A DNA stretch of 64,000 nt, from positions 1 to 64,000 of IMG/VR virus record IMGVR_UViG_3300046837_000396. One strand, written 5' to 3'. The stretch comes from a virus (taxonomy: Duplodnaviria; Caudoviricetes). The notes beneath the pieces are model-generated. The model saw only the letters and a list, made by a program, of their open reading frames with translations. It was not told the origin of the DNA and searched no databases. A program made the translations under genes and the position numbers. Within the stretch, counting starts at the first letter, position 1. Each line of letters opens with the position of its first letter. This document shows, in pieces, positions 35,127 through 44,722 of this stretch.

Positions 35127-36091
35127 GCTTTCCCAAGCCTCTTTCGGAAGTCGTCCACTACGGTCTGGATCCCCTCCCGTAGCGGCACTGTCGGGCGGAA
35201 CCCTAGGACTGATGACGCAAGCGAGATATCGGGTCTCCTGATCTTCGGGTCGTCTGTCGGGAGGGCTTCCGTTACGGTCCTGAACGGTGCTCCGGTTTCT
35301 TCCGAAACGATTGCCGCCAATTCCTCGATCGTAAACTCACCCGGGTTTCCCAGATTGGCGATAAAGGGACCGCCTGGCATGCGCGGATGCGTCGCCATTC
35401 TCCACAACCCATCGACGAGGTCGGAGCAGTGACAGAACGAACGCGTCTGGGTTCCGTCGCCATAGACGGTCAGGGGCTTTCCCAAGAGCGCCTGAAGGAC
35501 GAAGTTCGAAACAACCCGCCCGTCATTCAGGGCCATCCGGGGGCCGTACGTGTTGAAGATTCTCGCGATCCGGACGTCGATTCCCCACATCACGGATGCG
35601 TCACGCAGAAGCGTCTCGGCGGCCCGCTTCCCCTCGTCGTAACAGGACCGCGGTCCGACTGGATTCACGTTCCCCCAGTACGACTCCCGCTGAGGATGAA
35701 CGAGTGGGTCCCCGTAGACTTCGGACGTCGACGCGTGGATGACCCGGCATCCAGTTGTGCGCGCCGCGCTTGCGGCTTCTGAGGCCCCCAGCACGCACGT
35801 CATCAGAGTCCCGTACGGATCCGCCTGGTAGTGAACCGGGCTAGCTGGGCACGCGAGGTTGAATAAAAAGTCGAGAAACCTGGAACCGAACAATTGCCAA
35901 AACGACGGCGGAAGGTTTCGTACGTCCCCCCGTACGAAACGAAACTGCCCGCTTTTTTCGGCAGCCTCGAGGTTCCGTTCACTTCCCGTCATGAGGTTGT
36001 CTATCCCGACGACCTCGAGCCCCTCCGCGAGCAGTCGGTCGCAAAGATGAGACCCCAGAAACCCGGCCGCACCGGTGACGATCGCCCTCAT
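35123..36091 (-). CDS. uxs: UDP-glucuronate decarboxylase (UDP-xylose synthase)
   Basis: TGAAGFLGSHLCDRL, LACPASPVHYQ, ASTSEVYGDP, YWGNVNPVGPRSCYDEGKR, RIFNTYGPRM. Confidence 0.93.
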   Translation of the reverse strand: MRAIVTGAAGFLGSHLCDRLLAEGLEVVGIDNLMTGSERNLEAAEKSGQFRFVRGDVRNLPPSFWQLFGSRFLDFLFNLACPASPVHYQADPYGTLMTCVLGASEAASAARTTGCRVIHASTSEVYGDPLVHPQRESYWGNVNPVGPRSCYDEGKRAAETLLRDASVMWGIDVRIARIFNTYGPRMALNDGRVVSNFVLQALLGKPLTVYGDGTQTRSFCHCSDLVDGLWRMATHPRMPGGPFIANLGNPGEFTIEELAAIVSEETGAPFRTVTEALPTDDPKIRRPDISLASSVLGFRPTVPLREGIQTVVDDFRKRLGKA

Positions 36092-36987
36092 CGGGCCCTC
36101 GGTTTCGCTCGTCCTTCGATCATCTTCCGAACCTCCGGCGACTTCGGCGCTTTCGACTGAATGAGCTCGAATCCGAGCTCATCGACCGCCGGGAGCGTCG
36201 CACGATCGATTCCTGGCTTCAGCTTCAGGGCCGTATCAAACCCTTTCCAGGCCCCCTTGATGACGTGTTGGGGGCGCTGAAACCGGCGCTTCGTCTCGAC
36301 GATCCCGGGCCAAGCCTTCTCGAGCGACCTCGCCATCCGGAGGCGACCGTCCCCCTGATAGAGCTCCGCGGTGTTGCCGCCCTTCATCGTCATGGTCGTC
36401 ATCTTCCAGACGAGGAACGCGTTGAACAGAACCGTGCACCACCCGCCGCTCAGGACCTGAAGGCAAAGGTCGGTGTCTTCGTTGTATCGACCCCTCCACC
36501 GGTACGGGAGATCGTTCCGGATCAAGAGGCACGAATACACCCGGACGTTGAGATAGAACGGCGGCTGAACCGTGCGGTTCGCGCTGAACATGAAGTAGTT
36601 GAGGCCCGCGATCGCGACGTTCTGGTATCGGTCGACGAATCGCTCACAGGTCGCGAGCGCGGGCCCGGAGCTACACGGGATCTTGCGAGCCTTCCAACGC
36701 CTGTAGGTACCCGAGATGTTGTCGTCGAGAATCCAGTGGCGTTCGGCCCCCGTAGCGGCCGAGTGCTCCCAGACGAAGTTCCGCGCCGGGATCCCGCCCT
36801 TTCCGAGATTGCTAAACGGTGTCTCGAGAATCTCTTCTGCGGTAGCGCCGTGCTTCAGGTAAAGGTCCCGCTCCTGCGGCTCGACGACGAGTCTGAACGG
36901 TACCCCATCTCGCCTGAGGAACCGGGCCGTCATGCATCGCTCGGCCCGCCCCTTCGAGATCACGTACACCGGGTAAAGGGGGTTCAC
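36088..36987 (-). CDS. GREB1/JGT/TAGT-like GT-A glycosyltransferase
   Basis: YPVYVISKGR, VVEPQE, ARNFVWEHS, HWILDDNI, YSCLLI, RWRGRYNEDTDL, MKGGNT. Confidence 0.85.
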   Translation of the reverse strand: MNPLYPVYVISKGRAERCMTARFLRRDGVPFRLVVEPQERDLYLKHGATAEEILETPFSNLGKGGIPARNFVWEHSAATGAERHWILDDNISGTYRRWKARKIPCSSGPALATCERFVDRYQNVAIAGLNYFMFSANRTVQPPFYLNVRVYSCLLIRNDLPYRWRGRYNEDTDLCLQVLSGGWCTVLFNAFLVWKMTTMTMKGGNTAELYQGDGRLRMARSLEKAWPGIVETKRRFQRPQHVIKGAWKGFDTALKLKPGIDRATLPAVDELGFELIQSKAPKSPEVRKMIEGRAKPRAR

Positions 36988-37682
36988 GTCTCGAACCTCA
37001 GCCCCCCGACGTCCTCATTCTCGACGGAGGGCCAGCGAGCCCCCCAGGTCCCGTGGACCTTCTTCGCAATCCGAAGTTCGGCTTTGCGAACGAACTCGTC
37101 GCGGTCCGCTTCGGACGCGAACGACACGACGAGCTTCACTTGGCGTTCTCCCTGGTCGTACTCGGGCATCCCGACCCACTCGGCCGCGGCATCGAACGTC
37201 GCGACCTCGGACGTCGGACGCGTTACCATCAGGAGCCCCGCCAACATCTGGTCGTCGAACCCGGTGCCGAGCAGGCCGAGTTCGTCCTCGTTCTTCACCT
37301 GACGGAGCAGCTCCGTCAGCGCGCGGTCGTCCGACTCCGCGAACCTCCCGAGCTCGTTGTCGGCCGTCATGACCTTGAGGGCAGCGGGCGAATCGGGGTC
37401 GATATCGAGCCGAAACACCGGTACCTGGTCGAGCCCGAGCTTGCGTGCCGCTTCCGCGATGCCGTGACCGGCCAGGATCGTCCCGTCCCGCGCCACCACG
37501 ACCCGTCTGTAGATCCCGTACCGGCCGATCGACGCCGCGATGTGGTCGACCTGCTCCTGTGGATGCGATCGATAGTTCTTCGGGTGGGGCTTCAGCTCCG
37601 CGAGCGCCCAGTTCTCTTCGAACGACTGAACCGCATCCTTTTTCTTACCCTTCGCTACCGGGCGAACCTTGCTGGGGGGCAT
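36984..37682 (-). CDS. ParB-N domain fused to the small GT-associated domain
   Basis: LKPHPKNYRSH...ILAGHG...ADN; C-terminal EWVGMPEY...VVSF...DEF...W.P. Confidence 0.85.
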   Translation of the reverse strand: MPPSKVRPVAKGKKKDAVQSFEENWALAELKPHPKNYRSHPQEQVDHIAASIGRYGIYRRVVVARDGTILAGHGIAEAARKLGLDQVPVFRLDIDPDSPAALKVMTADNELGRFAESDDRALTELLRQVKNEDELGLLGTGFDDQMLAGLLMVTRPTSEVATFDAAAEWVGMPEYDQGERQVKLVVSFASEADRDEFVRKAELRIAKKVHGTWGARWPSVENEDVGGLRFET

Positions 37683-38191
37683 GTCAGGAGCTGAATGGCG
37701 CCGAACCAAACAGGAACTCGCTTGCCGTAATCGACGCCGCGACGACGAAGCAGGCGTGGGTTCCACCGACTCGGTTCCAACCCTCCTCCACCGATCGTTA
37801 CGAACCCACCTCCCGCGTAATCGCTCGGCACCATTACTCGCCAAGCTTCACGATTCCTTCGGAACCACAACATCGGGACTCGCCCCATCTCGTCGGCAGC
37901 CCTCTGGCACTGGCGCCACCATCCCCAAACCGGACTGGGTCGGCCCGACCGAAACGTTGACTCAGCCCACCCTTCGCGGTGCTTCACCTCGACGCAAAAC
38001 GGAAAGTGCTTCGCAGACGTCATGATGTCACCGGACGCCTCAAACTCGCCGCGCGACTTCGCGTTCCCCCAACCGCCGCTCCCGGGCGAGCGAACGAAGA
38101 TACAACCAGGCTCGACCTGCCCCCACCAGTCTCCGAACGTGCGGCAGACGTCGAGTTCCGCCTTCGCACCTTTTGAGCGGGAATCGATCAC
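37655..38191 (-). CDS. Holliday junction resolvase (PD-(D/E)xK)
   Basis: SRSKGAKAE...RSPGSGG...GDI...CVEVKHRE. Confidence 0.85.
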   Translation of the reverse strand: MIDSRSKGAKAELDVCRTFGDWWGQVEPGCIFVRSPGSGGWGNAKSRGEFEASGDIMTSAKHFPFCVEVKHREGWAESTFRSGRPSPVWGWWRQCQRAADEMGRVPMLWFRRNREAWRVMVPSDYAGGGFVTIGGGGLEPSRWNPRLLRRRGVDYGKRVPVWFGAIQLLTCPPARFAR

Positions 38192-38394
38192 CGAACGCCT
38201 TTTAAGCGAACTACCCGAATGATATCGATATTCCGATGAAACGTTCTTATGTTTTCTCGAACAAAAGTGCGCGCCTTCTCGGAACTTTCAAATCGTTGGG
38301 CAAAATAAGACCGGTTTGAATAGATAGGGGCGCCGTCTAACCAAGCAACGAACCACTTCTCGCTGCCTATTTTGATAATCCACAGGCACTTCAC
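38188..38394 (-). CDS. small AT-rich hypothetical protein
   Basis: GTGA coupling at both ends. Confidence 0.6.
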   Translation of the reverse strand: MKCLWIIKIGSEKWFVAWLDGAPIYSNRSYFAQRFESSEKARTFVRENIRTFHRNIDIIRVVRLKGVR

Positions 38395-40358
38395 GATATC
38401 ACCCGCGCGGTCGATCCTCGGTCGGTCCCGACGATCTCGATTCTTCCGGGAAACGCGTCGTTCGTCTCGGGCCGATGCGTGATGACGAACGCCTGCCGGA
38501 ACCCGTACCGGCTCGACAGAAGAGACGCGACGTGCGCCGATAACGACCGCTGGTTCGCGCCGTCGAGCGACCCAAACGGTTCGTCGATGAAGCAGGTCGA
38601 CCACGCCGCACTTCGGTCCCGGCGGAGCCAGCGGGCAGCCGATAACTGAAACGCGATCCCGCAAAGGTCATCCGCGCCCCCCGACTTGTCCGAAAGCTTC
38701 AGGTCGAGTCGATGCTCGACGTTGTGGCCGCGAGCGGTCCCGCAGCGCGCGCACTCCTTCACGCGGGCGCTTCTGCCGAACGGAGTCCCACAGGCTTCGC
38801 ACGAATCAGCTAGGCCCTTGCCCTCGTGCCCCCACCGGACCTCCATCCGGAGCCTCATGCCGCAGTCCGCCAGCATCCCGTTCGCCCCGTCCTGAATCGC
38901 GCCGAGTACGCCCTCCGCGATCCTCCGCTGGGCTCCGCCGCGACTGAAGATCGCGAGCGCCTCGCGCGCGGTCGCGAGTTCCTTTTCCCGGGCAGCGATT
39001 CGGCCAACCAACTCATCAGCTCGCCGCTTCCGCTCCCCAAACCCATCGAGCGCCTGCTTGGCCTGCCAGACCCGTTCGCGCGCTTCCGCCTCGACGATCT
39101 TCGCGCTCCCGAGCTCATCGTCGAGTGCCGTCAGATCGACCGCGCCTTCCCGTTCGGCCGCAGCTCTCGCTATCGGTTTGAGCCGTCGTGCCTCTACCCG
39201 ATGGGCCTCGATTCGTCCCTTCAGGTCGTCGCGCTTCCGCAGCACGGCCTCTGTGCGAACCAACGTGGTTGCGTCGTCGCTCGCCTGTTTCTTCGCGACC
39301 CCGTACCGGGCCGACGCGTCCTCGAGCAGCTTCAGATTCCCTGCCCTATCGGCATTGATCTGTTTCTCGATCGGACACGCACAGCCGGCAACCGGGCATA
39401 CACCGTCGAACTTCCCGCGGGAAAGTTGGTCTTTCGACCTTACCTCCTGGTAAAGGGTTCGCTCGACCGCCAACGACGCGTCTCGCGCCTCCCGTGCCTT
39501 CGTGATGGCGGTAGTGACTTCGAGCTCGGACGGCATCGCGGCGAGCTCGGTCGCCATCGCGGTCCCTTGATCAACCACCTCTCGGAATCTCGCAAGGTCG
39601 CGCTGACCGGTCCGGGCCGCGACCGCTGCGTCGCGACGACCCGATACTTCCAGGACTACCCGGGCCGCGGCATCGAGCGAACGGGACGCATCCTCGAGTG
39701 CTTTTTGCCAAGAAGCCTGCACGACCTCGACCGGGTCGCTACCAGGGTCGCCTTTCAGTTCGGACCCCGTGAGCCGATTGAGCTCGGACCGGTCCGCGTC
39801 CTGAAGATCCGCGAGTCCTGCGGCCTTCGCCCTCAGGATCTTCTCGCCCTCCTGGACGGGTGCGAACCTGAGCCACTCACCCACGATCGCGATCCGGTCG
39901 GCTGGTTTCGCCGAAACGAACCAAGACGTCTTTTTCTGCTCGACGTACGGGCCGCGGCAAAAGTCCCGTAGCGAAAGCCCAACGCGCTCGCATATGATCT
40001 GTTGGGCCTCATCCCCGGTCGCCTCGCCGATACCCGGAATCTGGACGACGAGCTTCGTCGGACTTCCGCGCCGGCGCGAACGCGTTACCGTCATGGGCTC
40101 GTCGCCATCTTTTAGCAGCAGACGGACCGAACCGGACCGTTCGCCGTCCGTGATCCAATCGTCCTCGTATTCCTTGCGGTGCTGTCCGTAGAGACCAAAC
40201 AAGACCGACTCGACGAACGAACTTTTACCCTGCCAGTTCGAGCGGTCCGCTTCGTCCTGCCGACGCGCGACGATCGAGTACGCTTTCGGCTCCAGCGCCA
40301 GAACCTGCTGGCCCCGGTAGCAGAGCCAATTCTCAAGTCCGATCTCGGTGACGATCAC
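38391..40358 (-). CDS. SbcC/Rad50/gp46-like ATPase
   Basis: LENWLCY, QGKSS, coiled coil, KSGG signature, IDEPFGSLD, VITH. Confidence 0.9.
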   Translation of the reverse strand: MIVTEIGLENWLCYRGQQVLALEPKAYSIVARRQDEADRSNWQGKSSFVESVLFGLYGQHRKEYEDDWITDGERSGSVRLLLKDGDEPMTVTRSRRRGSPTKLVVQIPGIGEATGDEAQQIICERVGLSLRDFCRGPYVEQKKTSWFVSAKPADRIAIVGEWLRFAPVQEGEKILRAKAAGLADLQDADRSELNRLTGSELKGDPGSDPVEVVQASWQKALEDASRSLDAAARVVLEVSGRRDAAVAARTGQRDLARFREVVDQGTAMATELAAMPSELEVTTAITKAREARDASLAVERTLYQEVRSKDQLSRGKFDGVCPVAGCACPIEKQINADRAGNLKLLEDASARYGVAKKQASDDATTLVRTEAVLRKRDDLKGRIEAHRVEARRLKPIARAAAEREGAVDLTALDDELGSAKIVEAEARERVWQAKQALDGFGERKRRADELVGRIAAREKELATAREALAIFSRGGAQRRIAEGVLGAIQDGANGMLADCGMRLRMEVRWGHEGKGLADSCEACGTPFGRSARVKECARCGTARGHNVEHRLDLKLSDKSGGADDLCGIAFQLSAARWLRRDRSAAWSTCFIDEPFGSLDGANQRSLSAHVASLLSSRYGFRQAFVITHRPETNDAFPGRIEIVGTDRGSTARVIS

Positions 40359-40750
40359 AGCTTCACCTCGGTCATCACGGACTCGCAGAGCGCGACGAGC
40401 GCCGGTCGGTTTTGCGTCGGAACCTCGGCCGCCATCGCGACGATCACGGCGCGCGCACCAGGACATTCGGCCGCCGGTTCGGTTTGGCCGACCGGGACCG
40501 CGCCGCGCGGCGCGGCCGGCATCGGCCTTACGGCCTTCGCGATTCCCTCAAGGGCCTTCAGGGCAAGCTCGATCTCTTTCTCGCCGGTGCCGGCGGGAGG
40601 AAACAGGCGAACGAGGGACCCGACCGGAACGAGATCGCGATCGTGGGTATCCCAGAATGGGCTATCGGCCGAGATCGTTACGACCTCGCGCGCGTGCTTG
40701 TTCAGAACCTCCGTTACCTTCACGGTCTGCTGCGGTTTCCGCCTCGCCAC
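40355..40750 (-). CDS. probable detached C-terminal part of the SbcD-like nuclease
   Basis: In frame immediately after the TAG of the nuclease gene; own GGAGG SD. Confidence 0.55.
   Translation of the reverse strand: MARRKPQQTVKVTEVLNKHAREVVTISADSPFWDTHDRDLVPVGSLVRLFPPAGTGEKEIELALKALEGIAKAVRPMPAAPRGAVPVGQTEPAAECPGARAVIVAMAAEVPTQNRPALVALCESVMTEVKL
40497..40516. repeat. GC palindrome, copy 8
   Basis: 19/20; 18-bp core perfect. Confidence 0.93.
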
Positions 40751-41488
40751 CTAGACCTCCACGATCGCGCAGCCAGGTTGGTTCTGCTCTTCGCCGAACG
40801 AAAGACGCTCGAGAGATCCCGGCATGAAAACTTCGCCGACCTGCTGTCGCTTGTGGTAGTGGCCGTTTAGGCAGAACCGGCGAGGCAGTAGCTTCACCGC
40901 TTCTACCGGGAACCGAACGTCGCGACCCCGCGGCATGTCGAGCGTCTCGGACCCCAGTAGAGCACCCTCGACCTGAAGGTGGCCGAGCACGACGTGGAAC
41001 GTATCGGTCCCGCGGGAGCGTTCCCCGAATCCCTTTACGACCGCGTGCGGATCGTACGCGCGAGAACGTGCGACGAACGGAAGTGCACAAAAAAGAAACC
41101 CTCCTTCGACCCCACCTCGGTTAGGGACCGTGAGCGCACCTGGTTCCTCGAACACGACCGTCTTGTCGAGCTTCGCCTCCGCGAGCGGCGTTAGAGTCGT
41201 GTTACCGGTACCGTCTTCGAGAACGTCGTGGTTACCCGAGATCCAAAAGTTCGGGATCCCGTTCTGTCCGAGGAACCGGGCGATCTTCAATGAGAGCGCG
41301 ATCCCCCGGATGGTTCCGACGGCCGATAGATCGGGATCGCAAAGGTCACCGTTGAAGCAGTAGAGATCGACGCCTTCCCGGACCGCGAGCTCGGCTGTCG
41401 CCATCGCGGCTCGCTCAACATCACCGGCACGTCGATACCCAGCCGTCACGGCGTCGACGTGCCAGTCACCTGTGGTCAGGAATCTCAT
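40751..41488 (-). CDS. SbcD/Mre11/gp47-like metallophosphoesterase
   Basis: GDWH, GDLCD, GNHD, GHYH, PGSLERLSFGE. Confidence 0.92.
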   Translation of the reverse strand: MRFLTTGDWHVDAVTAGYRRAGDVERAAMATAELAVREGVDLYCFNGDLCDPDLSAVGTIRGIALSLKIARFLGQNGIPNFWISGNHDVLEDGTGNTTLTPLAEAKLDKTVVFEEPGALTVPNRGGVEGGFLFCALPFVARSRAYDPHAVVKGFGERSRGTDTFHVVLGHLQVEGALLGSETLDMPRGRDVRFPVEAVKLLPRRFCLNGHYHKRQQVGEVFMPGSLERLSFGEEQNQPGCAIVEV

Positions 41489-42702
41489 TCTGCCGCTTCC
41501 GGCTTGGCGCCGAACTGTCCCCGGACCTCGCGCTCGAGGGCCCCCAGCATCTCGGGGTCGCCCGCGAGTGCCTTCAGGGCGGCCGCTTTGCCGTTCCAGC
41601 GCTTCCCCGGCGTCGACCAACTGAGCCACGCACCGCCAGGCGACTTCACGACCGCAAGCTCCATCCCGAGCTCCAGGACGTCGCGGGCGCGGTCGAATCC
41701 CTCGGGTGTCTGAACGCCGTTCGAGGTGTGGAAGTACGTGTCGGTATGCTTGTCGTCCTTGCCGCCGATCTTCGTCTTCCAGATCCGGACCTGATGCTGT
41801 TCCCCCACGACGGTCCCGCCGTCGGTCTTGGAGGCGCCGACCCGCGTCCACTCTTTCCGCGTCACCCGGATCCCGAGCGATGAATCGAACACGAGGGCCC
41901 CGCCGCCCGTGATCTTGAAGTCCTGCCCGTACTTCCGCTTGTTCGCGTCCGCGTTGACATCCTGCGACTCGCGCGCGATCACGACCATCGCGGTGTTGGT
42001 CTGCTGGAGCAGCATCGTGACCTCGTCGAGCCACGCCGCGTTCATGGCCGCCTTTATCTGAGCGGCCCTGCCCCCCATGCCGTCGACGCTCCCCTTCTCG
42101 CCCTCGGCCCCGATGTCCTGAATCTTGTCCCAGATATTCTGGGGAACGAGCTTTCGAATCGAGTCGACAACGACGAGAGCCGTTGTGTCCTTCGGGATCT
42201 GACCCTTCTCGCGGGCCTCACCAATTCCGACGAGATACTCGCGTGTCGCGTCGACCGTTTCCTCGTACGAGGTCGGCCGAATCGCGCTGAACCCGGGGTG
42301 ATCGGCGTTCGGCCCCATCAGCTTCTCGACCCAATCGATCGGTGTCGTGTTCTCGGCATCGATCAGACCAAAGAAGTGGTCGCGATTCAGGAACGAAAGT
42401 CCTAATCCAAGGACGAATGCCGTTTTGCCATGATTCGAGGGACCGTGGACGATCCCGAACCGAGCGAGCGGATGACCGCCGACTCGCGTCCCCATGTCGT
42501 ACCAGGGGAAGATCGTCGGAACCGCCTCGACCTTGAGCAGAACGTCGCGAGCCGGGCGAAACGCTTTGAAGCGCTTCGACACGGCCGCGAGTGCCTTCAG
42601 TCGTTCGTTCCTGGCAGATGAGCCGCCGTTGCCCCCGTCGCCGGCAGTAAGCGTTGCCTCTACCGGCGTCTCATTCTCGGCCGTTTCTTTCTTTTTTCGC
42701 AT
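41485..42702 (-). CDS. RecA/UvsX-like recombinase
   Basis: GPSNHGKT, IDAE, VVDSI, TGGGALVFDSS; start may be 42729 or 42738. Confidence 0.9.
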   Translation of the reverse strand: MRKKKETAENETPVEATLTAGDGGNGGSSARNERLKALAAVSKRFKAFRPARDVLLKVEAVPTIFPWYDMGTRVGGHPLARFGIVHGPSNHGKTAFVLGLGLSFLNRDHFFGLIDAENTTPIDWVEKLMGPNADHPGFSAIRPTSYEETVDATREYLVGIGEAREKGQIPKDTTALVVVDSIRKLVPQNIWDKIQDIGAEGEKGSVDGMGGRAAQIKAAMNAAWLDEVTMLLQQTNTAMVVIARESQDVNADANKRKYGQDFKITGGGALVFDSSLGIRVTRKEWTRVGASKTDGGTVVGEQHQVRIWKTKIGGKDDKHTDTYFHTSNGVQTPEGFDRARDVLELGMELAVVKSPGGAWLSWSTPGKRWNGKAAALKALAGDPEMLGALEREVRGQFGAKPEAAE

Positions 42703-42716
42703 GGGAATAAGGCCTT

Positions 42717-44108
42717 TTAGAATTCCCATCTCCACCAACGCTCACCGGTCATTCTGGCTACGTCGCAATAAATGAAGGGGATCTCGTCGTCACTGCCTTC
42801 GAACGCGGCCGCGAGCCCAGCCGATACCGGTGACGTTGCAGGAGCCGTTTGAGCGGATTGGGTCGGCGGTGGTGCGGGCGGTGGGGTCGGGATCGGAAAC
42901 GTTTTCTGAGCGAGCTCACGCTTTGCCTCGCTTCGTTTTTTGAGCGGAGGGGGTGGCGGGGGTGGCGGAATCGCGGGAGCTGCCTGCTCGACCTCGTACA
43001 CCTTCCCGCACGCGAGACACTTCGGGGCAGTTGCGGGCATCGGTGTCTCGCATCCGTCGCACGCGACCATGTCGTCCGGTTCCGACGCCGGCGGTGCCTC
43101 GGGCGCCGCTGCTTCCTCGGGCGAGTCGTCCTGCTCATCTTCCGCGAGATGACCGACTTCCGGAGCGTCCTTGTCCTTCGAGTCGCGCTCTGCTGCCTCA
43201 TCGGGCAGGTAGGAGGTCCAGTCGATTCCGCTGAGGCAACAGTGCTCCTCGAGCATCGCCCGCACGGCCGTTCGGGACTTCCCACCGACGATGTGGTCGA
43301 GGTTCGGGGGTGGACCGTCGATCAGCTTGGCGATCTCGGGCGTTAGCTTCTCCTCCACCATCGGGATAACCCCATAGGCTTCGTTGAACGATTCCGCCTT
43401 GTCGTCGTACTCCCACAGGAACGGGTACGGATTCTGGTACGGGTCCCCCTTCTCACGCCGGCTCTTCAGCTGGTCGCGCAGAACCCGGCGCATCTTGTCG
43501 CCGAGCCCGGAGGTCTCGACCGCGATCTGGACGCCCGACTTTACGTCGGAGTCGTCGACGACGCTGAACACGTATTCGGCTTTCGGCTTCGAGACCTGCT
43601 TCCACGCCTCTTTGACGAAGATGCCCTTGTCGCGAAGCTCGCCCTTCTCGTCGTCCGTGAGCTTCGGAGATCCGAAGAACCCCAGGAGACCACCCGCGTA
43701 CATGATGCGCTCGGTTCGGCCGTCGGGAGTGCGGAACCGAAACACCGGCTCGGTCCACGACATCTTACCCCCGACGATCTCCTGGTAGAGATCCTCGAGG
43801 AATCGGCAGTAGCCGCAGGACGGCGGGTGCTTCCGCTGTTTCGTATCCTTGTCGCGAAAGTTCTGGTTTCGCAGGACGTCCTCGTCGGTCTCGAAACACC
43901 CGAACTTGTCACCCCAAATCTCGGCCGGCTTATCCTTCAGGTCCGCGACCCGCATGAACTGGTGACGCCAGAGGCAGTGGATGCGCGACTTCCGCGACAA
44001 CCAGACGAGGATCTTCCCCTTGTCCTTCCAGCTCTTCAGAACCTGCCCTCGACCGCCCCTCGTGGAGTGGTTGAGAAACTCGTCCATCGTCATCCCGGTA
44101 CCGGCCAT
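42717..44108 (-). CDS. putative ssDNA-binding protein (gp32-like)
   Basis: Cys/His core, acidic Pro-rich tail and DDEIPF motif; sits beside the recombinase. Confidence 0.65.
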   Translation of the reverse strand: MAGTGMTMDEFLNHSTRGGRGQVLKSWKDKGKILVWLSRKSRIHCLWRHQFMRVADLKDKPAEIWGDKFGCFETDEDVLRNQNFRDKDTKQRKHPPSCGYCRFLEDLYQEIVGGKMSWTEPVFRFRTPDGRTERIMYAGGLLGFFGSPKLTDDEKGELRDKGIFVKEAWKQVSKPKAEYVFSVVDDSDVKSGVQIAVETSGLGDKMRRVLRDQLKSRREKGDPYQNPYPFLWEYDDKAESFNEAYGVIPMVEEKLTPEIAKLIDGPPPNLDHIVGGKSRTAVRAMLEEHCCLSGIDWTSYLPDEAAERDSKDKDAPEVGHLAEDEQDDSPEEAAAPEAPPASEPDDMVACDGCETPMPATAPKCLACGKVYEVEQAAPAIPPPPPPPPLKKRSEAKRELAQKTFPIPTPPPAPPPTQSAQTAPATSPVSAGLAAAFEGSDDEIPFIYCDVARMTGERWWRWEF

Positions 44109-44716
44109 TACTTCCTCCTGTTCGCGATCATCGTCATGAGGCTCGCGCATCGGCTCGACCAGAGCGCCGCGAGCTTTTTGGTGTGTTGGACCATCGCGTC
44201 GAGCGTGGCCTCTCGGCGGGCGAAGTCCCGGTACTCGTCCGGGTAACGCTGCGCACACGCCGCCCTGACGTCAGCGTCCGTGATGTTCTTCGACTTCAGG
44301 ACTCCCGAGTCCTTTTGCTCTTGCAGATAGAGCGAACACGCGCTCCAAATCGGAGCCTGAAAAACCTCGAATTCCTTCAGACACGCGTCGCGCTCGACCT
44401 GCGCGTTGACCGCGATCTTATCCGCAACCCGCGCGTTGTCTTCCGCCTGATCGAGTGCCTCCATCAGGGTCCCGAGGTCGTTCCGCTGGGCCCCTACCCG
44501 TAGGGCCTTCTCGAGTCGGTCGTATTCAGCTTCCGCGTTCGGTAGGTCGAGCACCCGCGTCAGGATTCTCTCGAATTCATCCGACATCCGCGGCTTGCCG
44601 TCCGGCACTACCGTCACGAAGGCTTCCGCGACCGTCTTGGGGGCTTCGGGCTCGTTCGACACTTCGGCCAACGGCGGGCCTACCCGGGCCGCCACGACCT
44701 CGCTGCGCTTACGCAT
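44108..44716 (-). CDS. helical protein, possible UvsY-like mediator
   Basis: All-helical; KNITDADV; between SSB and PolB. Confidence 0.45.
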   Translation of the reverse strand: MRKRSEVVAARVGPPLAEVSNEPEAPKTVAEAFVTVVPDGKPRMSDEFERILTRVLDLPNAEAEYDRLEKALRVGAQRNDLGTLMEALDQAEDNARVADKIAVNAQVERDACLKEFEVFQAPIWSACSLYLQEQKDSGVLKSKNITDADVRAACAQRYPDEYRDFARREATLDAMVQHTKKLAALWSSRCASLMTMIANRRK

Positions 44717-44722
44717 GCCGGC

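Noticed and set aside
12668-40516. ~3.7-kb periodicity of palindrome spacing (3836, 3354, 3641, 7416, 7383)
   Set aside because: The other intervals (8168, 2199, 9339, 4842, 1173) do not fit, and there are too few sites to support it.
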